A stretch of DNA of 64,000 bases from Eledone cirrhosa (Eukaryota): positions 226,238,001 through 226,302,000 of the forward strand of contig OZ024741.1 in assembly GCA_964016885.1 (NCBI GenBank), given 5' to 3'. A model generated the notes under the pieces. The model made no database searches and was not told where the DNA came from. It saw nothing but the letters and a program-made list of their open reading frames with translations. Positions 28,114 through 42,087 of the stretch are shown one piece after another. Made by a program: the position numbers and the translations under genes. Within the stretch, counting starts at the first letter, position 1. Each line of letters opens with the position of its first letter.

Positions 28114-28793
28114 TCTATCCACCATTAATTGTGTGTTTCTTATGTGAAACGAAATAACGAGATGTATATGGGTTTTTTTTAAATTAATACATGGAGGAGA
28201 GGTTTCTGTGAAAATGCATAATATAAACACATGAACTTAATCTAGAGCTCTTTTCAAGAAGCACATTGTTGCTATTTATCGGGGATTCTATTTGAAGCAA
28301 CAAATATTTTCACTTCGAAATAGAAAATTATGTTTTTCTTAAAATGTTTAGTATGTGTTGGGATGGGGGATAATTTGGAGAAAGCTTCAAAGAATATTAG
28401 AATTCTTGATTTTTTCAAAATGTCTTGTTTGATGTATTAAGAAGGGAGATCTAAAATTAAAATTGATTTTTCTTTTAAATGTTGTGGTACTTCATAGCTT
28501 GTGTTATAGTTCTCGTAATCTTATCTCTTAACAGAACCGTAACTCATTTCCCGCTGATAACTGATTCTAAAATGCCAAACCTTATATTTCCATTTCTAGA
28601 ATTCTCCAGAAAATCAACAACAAAAATATGTTGGTTTAATTTCTATAGCTTGAAAGATATAAGAACTGGTGTAAACATATGAGGGTTCACCAATAACTTC
28701 CGAGTGGAATTGATAGACTGAAGTTGTGCAGAAGACCGTCTTGCATATATACATATTTGCATGTATGTATGTAAACATGTATATATATATATA

Positions 28794-29060
28794 CGCGGGG
28801 ACATAGAAATAATTGGGCTGGATAACAGATCGCGCAGTTAAACCACTGGGAGTGTAGGAGAAGGCAACCCAGGAAACTGGGATAACTCCGATATAAAACC
28901 TGCGGCTCAGTAGTTACCGATGATGTTGGTATTTTGTTCTTTTCGGGTTATAGCTACTGTCGCTCAGAGAGTGGGATTGGCTCAGTGCACAGTCTTTCCT
29001 CACTTTAAAAAAATCTTCACGCACAGACATTGCACGATAGCTTTAATTAATAATTATTAA
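28794..29060 (+). mobile_element. Non-autonomous element with RTE 5'-UTR-like motif
   Basis: gtaggagaaggcaac..ataaaacc resembles RTE 5' UTR motif; (taa)-rich tail. Confidence 0.4.
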
Positions 29061-29659
29061 TAATGTTATATCGTGCAATGACCATACTCGATAACGAAGG
29101 GGCAGCCATTATCATCATCATGTATACATGCATGCAGGTATGAATGTATGTGTATATGTAATATGCATATATTTATGATTGTATGCATACATGTACGTAC
29201 GTAGGCATGATGAACTAGACACAGTGAATCTACGACCTCATTATCAAATATTTCCTCCTTCCTTTTACTTGTTAGGGTGTGATTTGAAAAAGATGTATTT
29301 GCTATTTCTAGTAGATTGAGCAACCGCATAAAGGCTACCTTTATGTAACTTGTTTACGACATTTCTTGAGATAGGTATGAATGAGATAGGTAGGAATGAC
29401 GTAGGTATGAATGTTTACTCCTCAATCAGAAAATAAAATTTAATCTAAATAAAAAAAATTAATAATTTTAAAAAATTTAGATTAAATTTATCAAAATGGT
29501 TTTTAATAAATTAGAAACCAATAATTGTTCTCGGTTCGATGTCATGCAGTGACATCTAGGATATGTGAATATGACCATGGAAGAAATCCGCAGCATTCAG
29601 ACCTGGGGGGAGGATTGGCTCCACCATGTTTGAAATGCACGTTACGGGTCCATTAGTTT

Positions 29660-29850
29660 CTAATTTATTCATAAGGCCAACAATTTAACGGGAGAAGAAA
29701 GTTCATTACATGACTGCTACTTCATTTTAACGATCCCAGAAAGACAAAAAGCAAAGTTGATCACGCTAAGATTTGAACTCAGGACGTAAAATGTCGTAAG
29801 TAAATGTGGCAAAACATTTTGTCCATCGATTCTGCCAATCCACCACTCTC
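29660..29850 (-). mobile_element. Older MetaSINE-type copy
   Basis: gatttgaactcag..ttctgccaatccaccac. Confidence 0.7.
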
Positions 29851-29985
29851 ACATACATCGATAGCATTGTGTTCAAAGACATTTTGCAATAGTTGAAACA
29901 ATAAAAGTGCTTCAATAAAATTGATATATATATATATTTATATATATTCATATATATTTATATATATATATATATATATTTATTT

Positions 29986-30032
<47 letters not shown>

Positions 30033-30081
30033 TATTATGGAATACTCTTGGCTTCTTGCTACAATAATTTCTATACTTTTC

Positions 30082-30152
<71 letters not shown>

Positions 30153-31043
30153 GTAACTTAAGTCAGTCAGCTAGTATTGTTGTTAAACTCTAGGTGAGCC
30201 CTGACTAAGCAGATAGCTCTGAGATGAAAGACGTTCAATCATCTTTTTATCAGATTCAGTGTATTTAGGATGACATCATATAATGTGTTCTTTCTTTTTT
30301 AAGACAGTAAACGTGTAATTTAAGGAAGATTTCCCTGCCATTTCTAGCTGGTAGATCAACTTCTTAGAAGTACTCATCCAGCTCGATTATGTATAACTGA
30401 GAGTCACAGTAAAGTTTCATTGATTAGAGAAGATCAATGATCAGAAATAATTGCAGAGAGAAAACAGGACTGTAAAGAATAATAATTAGTCAATGTTTAT
30501 GACGATGTCTTGTACGTGAGACGTTAAATGTTATCAGGAAAAAAATGGTGCAACTAATATTTATTGGTTTGTAACATTTGCAATGCTTTTCCCGGGAATT
30601 ATTTCACTCATCATATTTCATTAAATAGTCACATACTATTAAACTCGATACTTTACCATTTATAACCATTTTTACATTGAAAAAAAACAGACGTATTTGT
30701 TTTGTTGGGCAATCGTTGAAATTAGAAGTTTTTAATTTATATGACTTTAATTTAGATGTGAATTTAATTGGCGACTGAATTTGCATATTGCATTAACTAT
30801 GGTATATACCATAGTACTGATATTATAAATGGTTTGACATTTACAGAAGCACATCATCCGTAAAATTGAAAATAGCATTTATAAAACCTAAAATCACAGT
30901 CAAGTGGCACAAAGCAAAACACATTAATGGTGTTGTCAGTTTTCCAGTCAATAATGGAAATATCAACTGGATTTCGTTGAATTACAATTTTTTTCACGTA
31001 AAGTTTTTCACAAACATTTCAAATCTGTAGCAAGTATTTATAA

Positions 31044-31378
31044 GGCGGCGAATCGGCATAGTTATAAGACGTCGGATAGAATGCTTTGCGGTACTCTTTC
31101 TGGATTTCTCTCTCTAAGTTCAGAACCCAATAGGTCAATTTCGGCTTTCAACTTTTCGAGGTCGACAAAAAAAGTATTAGTCTTGCACAGGGGTCGATTC
31201 TTCCCCAATATCTCTTTCTCACATCCTCTCTCTCACTTCCTATCCTTCTTTGGTAGAAGTCTGCTGTGTTCAGAACTTGAGAGGAGATGGGCTCCACCAG
31301 GCTTTAAAATGCCCAAGAAACGCCCTATTTCACTACGCTCCTCCTCCCATTCTATCAGGTGTTACGGCAACATACAAA
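31044..31378 (+). mobile_element. Long SINE family B (MetaSINE head + CT linker + structured tail); also 40385-40755 minus, 46240-46550 minus, tail only at 37960-38065
   Basis: Shared head ggcggcgaa..ggcag..gt; tail tgttcaga..gatgg..cagg..cccaaga..atcagg.gttacg..catac. Confidence 0.7.
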
Positions 31379-31463
31379 AGTAGAAACAATTATTAACAAT
31401 ATTCGAAAAACTCAGATTGTGTTCAACCATGAAGAGCGAAAATTATTTTGTTGGTTTGGTAGT

Positions 31464-31517
<54 letters not shown>

Positions 31518-31520
<3 letters not shown>

Positions 31521-31955
31521 AGAGAGTATGACCCCAACGGCAGAGCTCAAGCCGTTTCGACGGCTATTTCTTGACTAAAGTCTGGTTCCTTACCACAACT
31601 CCTCCGTTATATATATATAACGAAGGAAGTGTGGTAAGGAACCAGATCCAGATGGACTATAACGCACTAGAGTACTCAATACTTAGGGTAGTAGAGTGGG
31701 TAATAGGAAAATATTCAAGACCCCGGCGGCAGATCTCACGCCGTTTCGACGGATATTTGTGGACTAAATTAGAATTTTTAGCGTGGTAATAAATAGCCGA
31801 ACTTTTCACTGGGTAATTCCTTGTATGGGAAGATCAAAGAAATTACCCCTTGAAAAGTTCGGCTATTTATTACCACGCTAAAAATTCTAATTTAGTCCAG
31901 AAAGAGCCGTCGAAACGGCTTGAGCTCTGCCGTCGGTGTCTTGAACATTTTCCTA
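31518..31955. mobile_element. Two adjacent (TA)-flanked Penelope pLTR minis; the second is a fold-back (31704-31818 / 31840-31955)
   Basis: Homologous to 141-335 and 2630-2742; inverted arms. Confidence 0.85.
31845..31939 (+). ncRNA. Hammerhead motif with U3:A8 core
   Basis: ACCCC-TTGAAAA-GTTCGGCT...AGCCGTC-GAAACGGC-ttgagctct-GCCGTC-GGTGT. Confidence 0.6.
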
Positions 31956-32479
31956 TATATATATATATTTATTAAAATAACAGATTAAACTTTAAGCAAA
32001 GAATCGCTGCTGTCACCCTTAACGGGGTCTTCTGAAACTAAAAAAGTCAATCTTCGGAGGAAGACAGGAAGACGATACTTTGGTTCGTGGAAATGTTCCC
32101 TGGCAAAGAACGGGAGAAAACGAAGATAATACGTCATTATTTGGTGCGGTGAAAAACAATTACACGCAAAGACAAAACCACGTTTATGGTATAAAAGAAG
32201 TTGTAGACTAATATTCTATCAGGTGGTTCATAGAGACGTTCTCTGGCAATGAACGGAAAAAACGTTTTAATAAATATTTGCTCTACGGTTCTTATATATT
32301 TGATATATATTTATCCTTATCGAGCCCTCTTTGATTTTAGTCTTTTAATTTATTATTATTAGTATATATATATATATATAATTGTTTCTACTTTTGGTAC
32401 AAGGCCAGCAATTATCCCAGTGTATTACTGGTACTTTATTTTATCGATATATATAATGAACTCTCGTTATTTCATACAG

Positions 32480-32638
32480 ATAATGCTAAATGTAGCAGAA
32501 TCAATGAGTTGTATGCGAATATTAAGGAAAGATATATTGAACAAATATGACGATCAAAGCGGAACAAATGACTTAAATAAACATTCTGTAGAAAAATATA
32601 TACGGCTATCTTCTAGTATTGAGAGAGTAGACTCTCCG
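32480..32638 (+). CDS. Candidate 159-nt phase-0 exon (IMLNVAESMSCMRILRKDILNKYDDQSGTNDLNKHSVEKYIRLSSSIERVDSP)
   Basis: ctctcgttatttcatacag acceptor, CCG|GTAAGT donor, one open frame, unique sequence; product unrecognised. Confidence 0.35.
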
Positions 32639-32862
32639 GTAAGTTCACTTCCTTGTAACAGCCAATAACACGGATGTATACACACGCACAAACACTCACA
32701 CACACACACGCACACAGACACACAAACACTCACATACACACACACACACACACACATACACACACATACACACACACACACAAACACTCACTCACAGACA
32801 GACACACACGCAAAAACTCACTCACAGACACACAAACACAAACCCTCACTCACAGACACACG

Positions 32863-32944
<82 letters not shown>

Positions 32945-33049
32945 TGAAAATCATACACTGAGAACAATTACTAAAAATATTATTAAGTTCACGTTTGTAT
33001 GAAATAGAAAAAAAGAATTTTCTTCAACGTATCAAATGTTAGTCCTTCA

Positions 33050-33273
33050 TCAATAAAGAAGCGAGAGTAAGAAAAAGTGAAAGAAACAAATAAAGAGAAA
33101 GAAAGAAAGGAAGTAACGGCGATTAGGAGTAGGAGAGAGAGTGAAAGAGTGAGAGAGTGAGAGAGAGAGAGAGTGTGAGAGAGAAAACGAAATAAATAAA
33201 TATAGAAAGAAAGAAAGAAAAAAGGAAGAAAGAAAGAATGAAAGAAAAAGAAAGAAAGAAAAAGGAAGAAAAA

Positions 33274-33320
<47 letters not shown>

Positions 33321-33460
33321 TAAGAAAGAAAGAAAGAAAGAAAGAAGGAATAAGAAAGAAAGAAAAGGAAAAAATAAAGCAAGAAAAAAGAAAAAAAACA
33401 AAAACAAAGAAAGAAAGAAAGAAAATGAAAGAAAGAAAGAACGAAAGAAAGAAACAGAAA
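33050..33460. repeat. (GAAA)n purine tract
   Basis: Direct inspection. Confidence 0.9.
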
Positions 33461-33596
33461 TTGAGAGATCGATATCATTATATGTGTGGTTTGAAATGCT
33501 CAATAAAAATTGTGTAGAGTTTGTTATACTGTATCTACTGGTGATTGATAATATTGACCTAACATGATTTAGTAATATAGTTAGCTACATATATAT

Positions 33597-33860
33597 ATGA
33601 ACACTCTCTGTCATTCACACATACATATACATACGAACTCTGTCATTCACATATACATACACATTCGAACGAATACTCTGTCATACACACATGCATACGC
33701 ATACGAGCGAACACTCTGTCATACACACATACATACACATACGAGCGAACACTGTCATACACAGATACAGACACAAACGAGCGAACACTCTATCATTCAC
33801 ACATACACACACATACGAACGAACACTTTCTGTCATTCACACATACACATACGCCCGCAC
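33597..33860. repeat. Minisatellite, unit about 32-34 bp (acgagcgaacactctgtcatacacacatacatac), about 8 copies
   Basis: Recurrent gaacactctgtcat. Confidence 0.85.
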
Positions 33861-34257
33861 ATACACATGCATATGTGTGTCCACGTGTGCGGGTGCAATT
33901 GCATTGGTGATGCAGATATATATCTAAGCATATTTCAATGAATAGACAAATGGAAAATCAATTAAGCAGTTTTTATAACATCCAGTTACGTAAATAATGG
34001 TAACGGATGGTTGAGTTAGTTGAAAAAGAAGATTGATTTATCGTGGAAACACATGTGAATATGACTGTTTGTGAAGTGCTGCTTATATCATATCAATAGT
34101 TTATGTGCATTTGCGTGTGTGCTTTTGCACACACAAGTTTTATATATAAATGATATATATATATATATATATATGAATGGACCTGTTATTTTTATCTAAA
34201 GACATGTTTTCCAATTCTTCCCGCCCGTCCCCTCAATCTATTTTATTTCTCATTCTT

Positions 34258-34293
34258 TCTTCTGATGAACGACTAGCGTCCGAAACGTTAAGA
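34258..34293 (+). ncRNA. Minimal type I hammerhead motif (dimer-type)
   Basis: TCTT-CTGATGA-ACGAC tagc GTCC-GAAACGTT-AAGA; helix III reduced to palindrome ACGT. Confidence 0.65.
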
Positions 34294-34389
34294 CCCTCTT
34301 CCTGCTATATCAAGCGTTAACCTAATATATACTTTCCATATAGTGTACCGATTGTGTTGTTATTTCTGTTTACCCTTTACACACACACA

Positions 34390-34422
<33 letters not shown>

Positions 34423-34454
34423 CACACATATATATATATATACATATAATGAGT

Positions 34455-35138
34455 GAAGGCGCATGGCTTAGTGGTTAGAGCATTGGGCTTGCAATCGAAA
34501 GGTTGTGAGTTCAATTCTCGGACCGAGTGATCTGTTGTTTTCTTGAGCAAGACACTTTATTTCACCTTATAAACTGTTTGTCTTTCTACAATTCTAAATA
34601 ATATTCCTGCAACCATTTTGGCCGAAAAAAGAAATTATGCCAGGTTAAATTAGGGATTGCCTTCTCTCTCTCTTGGCCTGCTGAAATCGCCTCTCACCCC
34701 CTCACTCTCTCTATCATATACGCTGGTCTCACACTCCCCCTCACTCCTTGCCAACCAAATATAAATAAGCCATGCTACAGGGGACTAAACCCAGAATTTG
34801 TCTCCTATTATTGATGGTAGCTTGTTCAGTTTTCTTCTACGAAATGTAACGTACATATCCATTTCTTCTCAACTCTCCACATTCGGTTCATTCATCTATA
34901 TATCTGACAATCCCCCAAAATCAAAAAAATCGTATTCAAAATTGGCTTTCTATAATTCTGTTCTTTCTCACCGTTGTTCTAAAAATAATTCTGCTCTTCG
35001 CAGTTTACTCAGCTGTAGAAGTGAGTACCGGCCTGCCCAGCCAGTGGGATGGCGTTATCTTATGGCTAAAACAGCACGACATGCTGTGACCAGCGGCGTC
35101 GATTGGCGCTCGAGAGACAAGGTGGTCAAGGTCAAGGT
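34455..35138 (+). mobile_element. tRNA-headed SINE split by an insert of about 425 bp (34567-34990)
   Basis: Head ggcgcatggcttagtggttagag..gagttcaattctc..cttgagcaagacactttatttcac resumes as cagtttactcagctg..tgagta at about 35000. Confidence 0.6.
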
Positions 35139-35149
35139 GATATATAATG

Positions 35150-35195
<46 letters not shown>

Positions 35196-35439
35196 GATAT
35201 ATACCAAAATTAAATTAAATTAAGGGAGTCATGTCCGAGAAATGCGCCATATCCACCGTAGAATAGGCTCAAAGATTCCAATGAATAGATCCGAGCATTT
35301 TATATCAATTAGAAATTATCCCTGTTTATTTTAAATATATATATATCAATCAATTTCTAATTGATATATATAATGATATATTCTATATTATATATATATA
35401 TATATATAATGATATATTATATATATATATATTTTATAT

Positions 35440-35486
<47 letters not shown>

Positions 35487-35637
35487 GATATATTTTATAT
35501 ATATATCTATATATATATATAATGATATATCTTATATAAATAATATATACATATATGTATATATATATATAATGATATATTTTATATAAATGATATATAT
35601 ATACATATATATATAACAGATATAATATATATATAAC

Positions 35638-35807
35638 AAAGAGGTTGTGGTAAGATATCAGGTAGGCCATAACGCACCAGAGTACTTAATACTTAGGGTA
35701 GTAGAGTGGGTAACAGGGAAAGAGTCAATACCCCGACGCCTAAGCTCCGGCCGTCTCGCCAGCTAGATCCGGTTTCGGATCTAGTTATCGGGGTCCTGAC
35801 TCTTTTG
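35638..35807 (+). mobile_element. (TA)-flanked Penelope pLTR mini with fold-back end
   Basis: gtggtaag..ccataacgcaccagagtac..cttagggtagtagagtgggtaa; aaagagtca/tgactcttt and agctagatcc/ggatctagtt hairpins. Confidence 0.8.
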
Positions 35808-35808
35808 C

Positions 35809-35835
<27 letters not shown>

Positions 35836-35839
<4 letters not shown>

Positions 35840-36722
35840 GTGGTTATCCATCATACCGAGAACAATTGTTTCACCTTAGCGGATCCTCAACTCGTAATGG
35901 ACATGGTTATACGGAACAGGAAGGACAACCGTACGAGCGCGCATGCGTAGAAACGATCACTTCGCACAGGCAATACTAAAATGCGTGCAAGAGGTGTAAG
36001 GGAGATAACTGCGAATGTCCGAAAAGTTTCTAGTTGCTAAGAAAGTTAGGATGTTGTTGTAATTCAATCCGGAGCTTTGTAGTTACGTAAAAGGTGTTTC
36101 GAGACGTGTGGACAACGGGTGAAGAATTCAATTCTCGTGTTTAGGCAATCGCTATTGCATAATCTCTTTAGAATAGTTATTCGTTCATCAATACATAGTC
36201 CACACGACGGATTTCCCTTTGCGTATGGCTTGGACTTAATGATGGCTTTCCATTGAATGGAGTAGTCTATACTTGAGTCCTTGAGGGACCATACGTGGCT
36301 CGCGAGTTTCGTGGATAAACGTCTGTCCGGGTACCTAAAGGTTGACTGGTAGTTCAGGAAGCGTTTCTTAAATCGGCCCTCCGCCATACCCACATAGGAT
36401 TTGACCTCCTGTGGTTGATTTGGTCGGTTGGAAGTGCCCACAGCTTCATAATTTACAGCGGGTGTGTTGCATTGCTGTTGAAGGGGACACGCTTCGGGCT
36501 TACGGCAAGAGCACCCTGGTTGGTCCCTTCTCACTCAACGTTAAAACCAATGTAGGCAGAAAATGTCTAGCCCTCTTAGATAGACACTTTCCCATAGGTC
36601 ATAAATACCGCTCCATCTTTAACCGACACAAAGTAAAACTAGGATACTCCTGCGCTAAGAACATGAAGGCCCACATCACCAACCGCCCTAAGAGCAACAC
36701 CCCACCAGGGTGCTCTTGCCGT
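35836..36722 (-). mobile_element. Penelope-like 3' fragment (GIY-YIG) with inverted 5' segment
   Basis: Minus 36064-36520: CSC..CPL, YVGMAE..FKKRF, LASHVWSLK, CGLCIDE, LNTR.E; plus 36520-36722: PFSLNVKTNVGRK..HFP..KLGYSC. Confidence 0.88.
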
Positions 36723-37960
36723 CAGCACAGCGTCTCTTCATTCGTCACGGTCCCGCTTCATCTCTGTGAGCTTCAGCGAACAAAGCTAAGCTCTTACCTC
36801 TTTCACCCAATGTTTATCGTGGTCTTCCTCTACTGTGACTTTCGTCCTTCGGGACTTCTTGCCATTTCTTCTCCCAGCGGTCATCTTCCATGCGCATCAC
36901 ATGGCCATATCAACGCAGTCTTCTCTCTCGCACACTACATTTTATCCCTCTTATACACAGTTTCACTTTCAACTCGTCCATGCTTGGTCGTTGACGCACA
37001 TCAATCGGAGCATGCTTGCTTCATTTCTCTCCAGCCCTCGCATAGCCTCTACAATTGCTGCCCATGTCTCACTACCAAACAGCATCCTGCATCTCATACA
37101 GGCACCATACATGCGGCCTTTCGTTGTCAACAGAGAAAGCAAACCCCTAAGCTTTTCGCATCCTGTCCTTATTCTTGATACTATGGCCTGGGAGCATCCC
37201 ACTTCCTTGCTAATCTGATCCCCTAAATATCGGAAGTTATCAACCACCTCTATACATTTGAAAAATGTGCTTATCACTGACACTTCTACTATCAATTTTC
37301 CCTGAACATCTACTACATATGAAGTTTTCCCATCCTGTTAGTTTGCCTGCTATCCCACTACACCTCTTGTGTGCCCAAGATCTGCATTGTGTACATTCTA
37401 TAGAGCTTATCCCAACTCCTTTTCTACATATCGAACATGACCATTTCCCTGGTGGAATCAGAGTCTTGTCCTCTTTCCTACTTATCAGCACTTTTGTCTT
37501 TGCTAGGTTCACACTCAGTTCTCTTGATTCCAACTGATGTTTCCATAGCCGAAATTTATTTTCAAGCTCCTCTACTGATTCCGCTATAAGTACCAGATTA
37601 TCAGCATAGAGAAGTTTCCATGTACAGCCAGTTTTAAACTCCTCTGTTATGGCTTGGGGAACTACAATGAATAATAGTGGACTGAGGACCGAACCCTGAT
37701 GAACTCCTACTTGTATCTGCAATTCCTCACTAAACTCCATTCCTACTCGCACTTTCCTGACAGCTCCTCTGTACATAGCTGTCACTCTCCTCACAAGCCA
37801 TTCCTCTACACCTACTTTGCTTAGGGACCACCAGGTGACAGGTCGTAGTACTCTATCAAAGGCCTTCTCTAGGTCAACAAAAGCTAAATATAGTGGCTTA
37901 TTATTCTCTGAGAACCTCTCTTGTAGTTGTCTCACTAAGAAGAGGGCATCTGTTGTACTT
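36723..37960 (-). mobile_element. RTE-clade LINE 3' half (RT), frameshifted
   Basis: STTDALF.VRQLQE, FVDLEKAFDRV, GVHQGSVLSPLLF, LLYADNL, FRYLG, FGSETW. Confidence 0.93.
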
Positions 37961-38540
37961 ATCTCAAGGCTGGGCTTCGCCAGTCTTAAAAATGCCCAAG
38001 AAATGCCGTATGTCAATACGGCACCCCTACGATTCTATCAGGAGTTTGGGACCATACATACATACATATCCATAGAACACTGACCGACGCGAGATCTCCA
38101 TTCTGTACGGTTGCAAGCCATCAGAAGTTCGTCGCTTCTGTACATTTTTTATTAATGGAGGTAAGGAAAATGAATAACCCGGAGAAGCGTTTTGTAAGGT
38201 TTTATACGATCAATTCTCAAATGAGTAATATAATGAAGGGAATCGAACATTTTCAATATTAATTTATACTGGGAATTTAAAGACACATTAAATTGAAGTT
38301 TTGCATCTCACTTATTCATTTCACATACGAAAAGAGTCGGAACAAATACCATAAATCATGACATCTGACAGTCTGACCATTCTGCCAACAACAATAATAA
38401 TCTTAATATATCTATCCCCGTAAACTTCTAAGCTTGCGCTTATCTCATGGCCAATAATCAGTGGTATCATTGGTATAATTAGTGGGTCATTTTGCTATAA
38501 CAATAAGAGTTGTTGTTGTTGTTAGAGCAAAATGGAGTAA

Positions 38541-38612
38541 AGAAGAAGAAGAAGAAGAAGAAGAAGAAGAAGAAGAAGAAGAAGAAGAAGAAGAAGAAGA
38601 AGAAGAAGAAGA
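38541..38612. repeat. (GAA)n microsatellite
   Basis: Direct inspection. Confidence 0.95.
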
Positions 38613-38974
38613 AATTACACTGCTCTAAGTTTATAAGTTTATAAGTTTATAGAGAAATTATTTCATAGGCTTCTGTATAAGTTTGGTTCTTAAGCAACGT
38701 TAAGAAGAATTATAAATATATTTTCTTAGAAAATGTAGAAAATCTCGAACGAAGATAACTAACTGTAAACACAGTCGATGGGTGAAAATATTTGCATAGA
38801 GAATCGAGTAAAGTATACCTATAGACGGTAAAAATGGTCAGCAACCGCTACAGAAAATAGCTCTCTTTACATTGGTAATTTCGACTGAGCGTTCTGCACC
38901 ATTGAGCTAAACAACCCCTGACGACTATTACGGACTTTTACTCTATTATTCTATTACATGTACCAGCCGACAAT

Positions 38975-39240
38975 CTGGCGCCATGATGGGGTAGCGTCAT
39001 TGATCTTATACTTTCTATAGCCACCCTTCATTGGTTGGCCACTGATGCAAAGGGGAGTTTATTTCTGTTGCTTTTATTTGCGCTTCGCCTCGTGCAGTGG
39101 GTTCATGCGGGATCTTGGTTAGTAGAAGGTCGAGATATCTCTTGAAAACAGCTACATGCACATTATGTAGATCTCTCAGATTTTGGGTGCAGCTTATTAA
39201 AAAGCTGCGATCCCTATGTAGGAGCTCTAAATGAAACATC
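38975..39240 (-). mobile_element. CR1-like LINE 3' end
   Basis: NLRDLH..VFKRYLDLLLTKIPHEP..NS..HQ, typical CR1 ORF2 C-terminus. Confidence 0.7.
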
Positions 39241-39499
39241 AATAAACTGGAGCGTAGTGGGGTAAAACTCGTAGACAATATAAAAATTCTCGAATGGAGA
39301 AAAATAACTGTGAACACGTGTATAAGTATGTTTGTGTGTGTGTGTGTATGCGTGTGAGTATGTATGAATGTGTATGTGTACTGCCAAGAACAATAACAAA
39401 GAGAGATAAGAAAATAGAAAAAACAAAAAACAAATGTGTGACGGTGGGGGGGGGGGTGTAAGAGGCATATATGGAAATACATACAATGACTTTATGTAT

Positions 39500-39697
39500 A
39501 ATGTGAAAGGCTAACAATTCTGAGGAAGGGAAAGTCGATTAAATCGATTCCAGTATATTACCGGTGCATTATTTTATCGACCCTGTGAGGATGAAAGATA
39601 AAGTTAACCTCGGCGGAATTTGAACTCAGAACGTAAAGGGACGTAATTGTATGCCAGAAAGCATGGTGTCCGACGCCCCATTTATACTACCAATCCA
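39500..39697 (-). mobile_element. MetaSINE-type SINE
   Basis: Reverse complement of core and head. Confidence 0.85.
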
Positions 39698-41192
39698 AAA
39701 CATACGTATGGGTCTTTTAAGCTGTGACCGCAACCGTTTGAGACCGTCAGACACTAGTGTTCTCTGAATTTTTTAATCCTGAAGCGCTAATACATAGCGT
39801 TCTCACTCGGCTACGAATGTATCTTTGATGTGACCATGGATTAAAACACGCATGGTGAGTCTTATGTAGGTGTATTATGCATAGAATACATATAATGTAT
39901 AGGGTTAACTGTTCATGGATAAACTATTAAAATCTGCTGTAGGTGTTACGGTGTGCTTCGTCGGAGAAAAACACTTCATTTTACATGCTACAGTTTATCT
40001 GGAGGTCTATTGAATTTCCAAAATGAAAGATACATTATTTTTCTCGACACAAAAGCACGTGTTCTTATGCACTTGTAGTTCCCTTCTAATACTTTTAATG
40101 TATCCCGCTGGCATAAAGGATCTATGGCATATGATAGTTGTTGATATGTGGGGTCCTACTGTGTCGAACTGACTATGCTGATGCAAGTATTATGTAAATA
40201 TACACATACAGTTTTTTTTTTTTTTGGGGGGGGGGGGCTATATATATATATATCTATTTCACTTCAATCTGATTTAATCTTTATTTCTGAGTGTGTAATA
40301 TTAGATTTGATAACAAAGATAATATCATGAATACTACAAGATCAGAATTGATTTAGTTTCTTGAAAAAAAGCATCTTTTCTACGTTATGTATGTATGGGC
40401 TCGTAACTTCTGGTGGAATCCTGACGATACTGTCGTTACATACGACATGTCTCGGGAACTTGAATCCTGGGAGAGGTCATCCCATTCTAGATCTGAACAA
40501 AGCCGATTTCTTCCAGATAATGAGAGAAAGAGAGGAAGAACGGAGCAAGCTAGAGAGAGATAGTGAGGGGGGAAGAGGGAGAGAGAAGGGGAAGAAATCG
40601 ACACCGGCACTGAACTGGTATTTTTTATCGACCTTGAAATGATGAAAGGCAATGTTGACTTCAGCGGCATTTGAACTCAGAGACCGCAAAGACCCGGAAC
40701 GAATAGCACAAGTCATTGCACCTGACAATCTAACGACTCTGCAATTTTGCCGCCTCTTTGGCACGTGTACAGAGCACATAACGCACACCAGTGTTATGAG
40801 CCTTACATCTACAATATCTACAAATCTATGAACTGTGTTGTTTACATTGGGTGAATCTATAATTCAGTGGTTAAGAAGTTCTCTTCACAATCATGAGATT
40901 CTAGGGTTTTACTATCTTGGGCAAGTGACATTCACCGTAACTACGAATAAAATAGAAGAGACGGAAACTGTGGAAGCTCGTAAGATAGACTATGCCTGTA
41001 ATTTACAGATGCAATTATGTCGCATATTGTGCCACGCTGATTTAACTCGGGACTTATACACGTGTCTGTGAAATATTTAACCAAGTACACGTTAATTCAC
41101 GAAATCGGAGTTTAAAACTGAATGTTCATCGTCGAAAGCGACCGATGATTCACCATACTCATTACAACTAACAATATTATATACTCTATACT

Positions 41193-41380
41193 AGGGCGGT
41201 GGATTGGCAGTATCGGTAGAGGGTCGGACGCCATGCTTTCCAGCATAGTTACGTCCCTTTACGATCTGAGTTCAAATCCCGCCGAGGTTGACTTTGCCTT
41301 TCATCCTTACGGGGTCGATAAAATAAAGTACCAGTAATGCACTGGGTAATTTGCTGGCCTTGTGCCTAACGTAGAAACAA
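41193..41380 (+). mobile_element. Young MetaSINE-type SINE
   Basis: A box TGGCAGTATCGG, B box GAGTTCAAATCC, core GCCTTTCATCCTTACGGGGTCGATAAAATAAAGTACCAG. Confidence 0.93.
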
Positions 41381-42087
41381 ATATTATATACTCTTACCAT
41401 TAACGTATGGGGATTGTTGCCGCCGTCTGTTACCTTGCTGAACTTACACCTTTGGCGAAAATATTTACACTAATTTTAGACAGGATACAACGTGGAGCTG
41501 GTTTAATCTGAATGTCGATTATTATGCTTGAAAACCAATTACGACTATATCATATGATACTGCGAGAAAAGATTTATTATGAGGTAAATATTGCACCTTT
41601 AGTTTGTAACATCACCGAACCCTCCCGGAATATATGCTCATGATAGAGAATTTCTCGTTGACACATTTATCATATGTTATTTTATAGCTGTGTTTCTGTG
41701 TAAGGAATTGTTTAGATATTAATCTATTCTAGTGTACTTATTGTCATTGGATTATTTCTGGTTTTCAGTCTTTTCCGATATTCTATTTCCAGGTTTTTAT
41801 ATTTGGATATTATCTTCTTCATACACAGTCGTCCGCTGGGATTCATTTACCCAGAGACGCACGCACACACAGACACACATAGGTGCACACTAAAACACAT
41901 AGACACACACACGCACGCATACACACTCACACACATACACACACACATAAATACATGCATACATACACGCGCACACTTAAACATACAGAACACACGCACA
42001 AAACACACATGCACACACACGCGCACACACAAACACACACACACCCACACACACACACTCACAGACAGATATATATATATATATATA

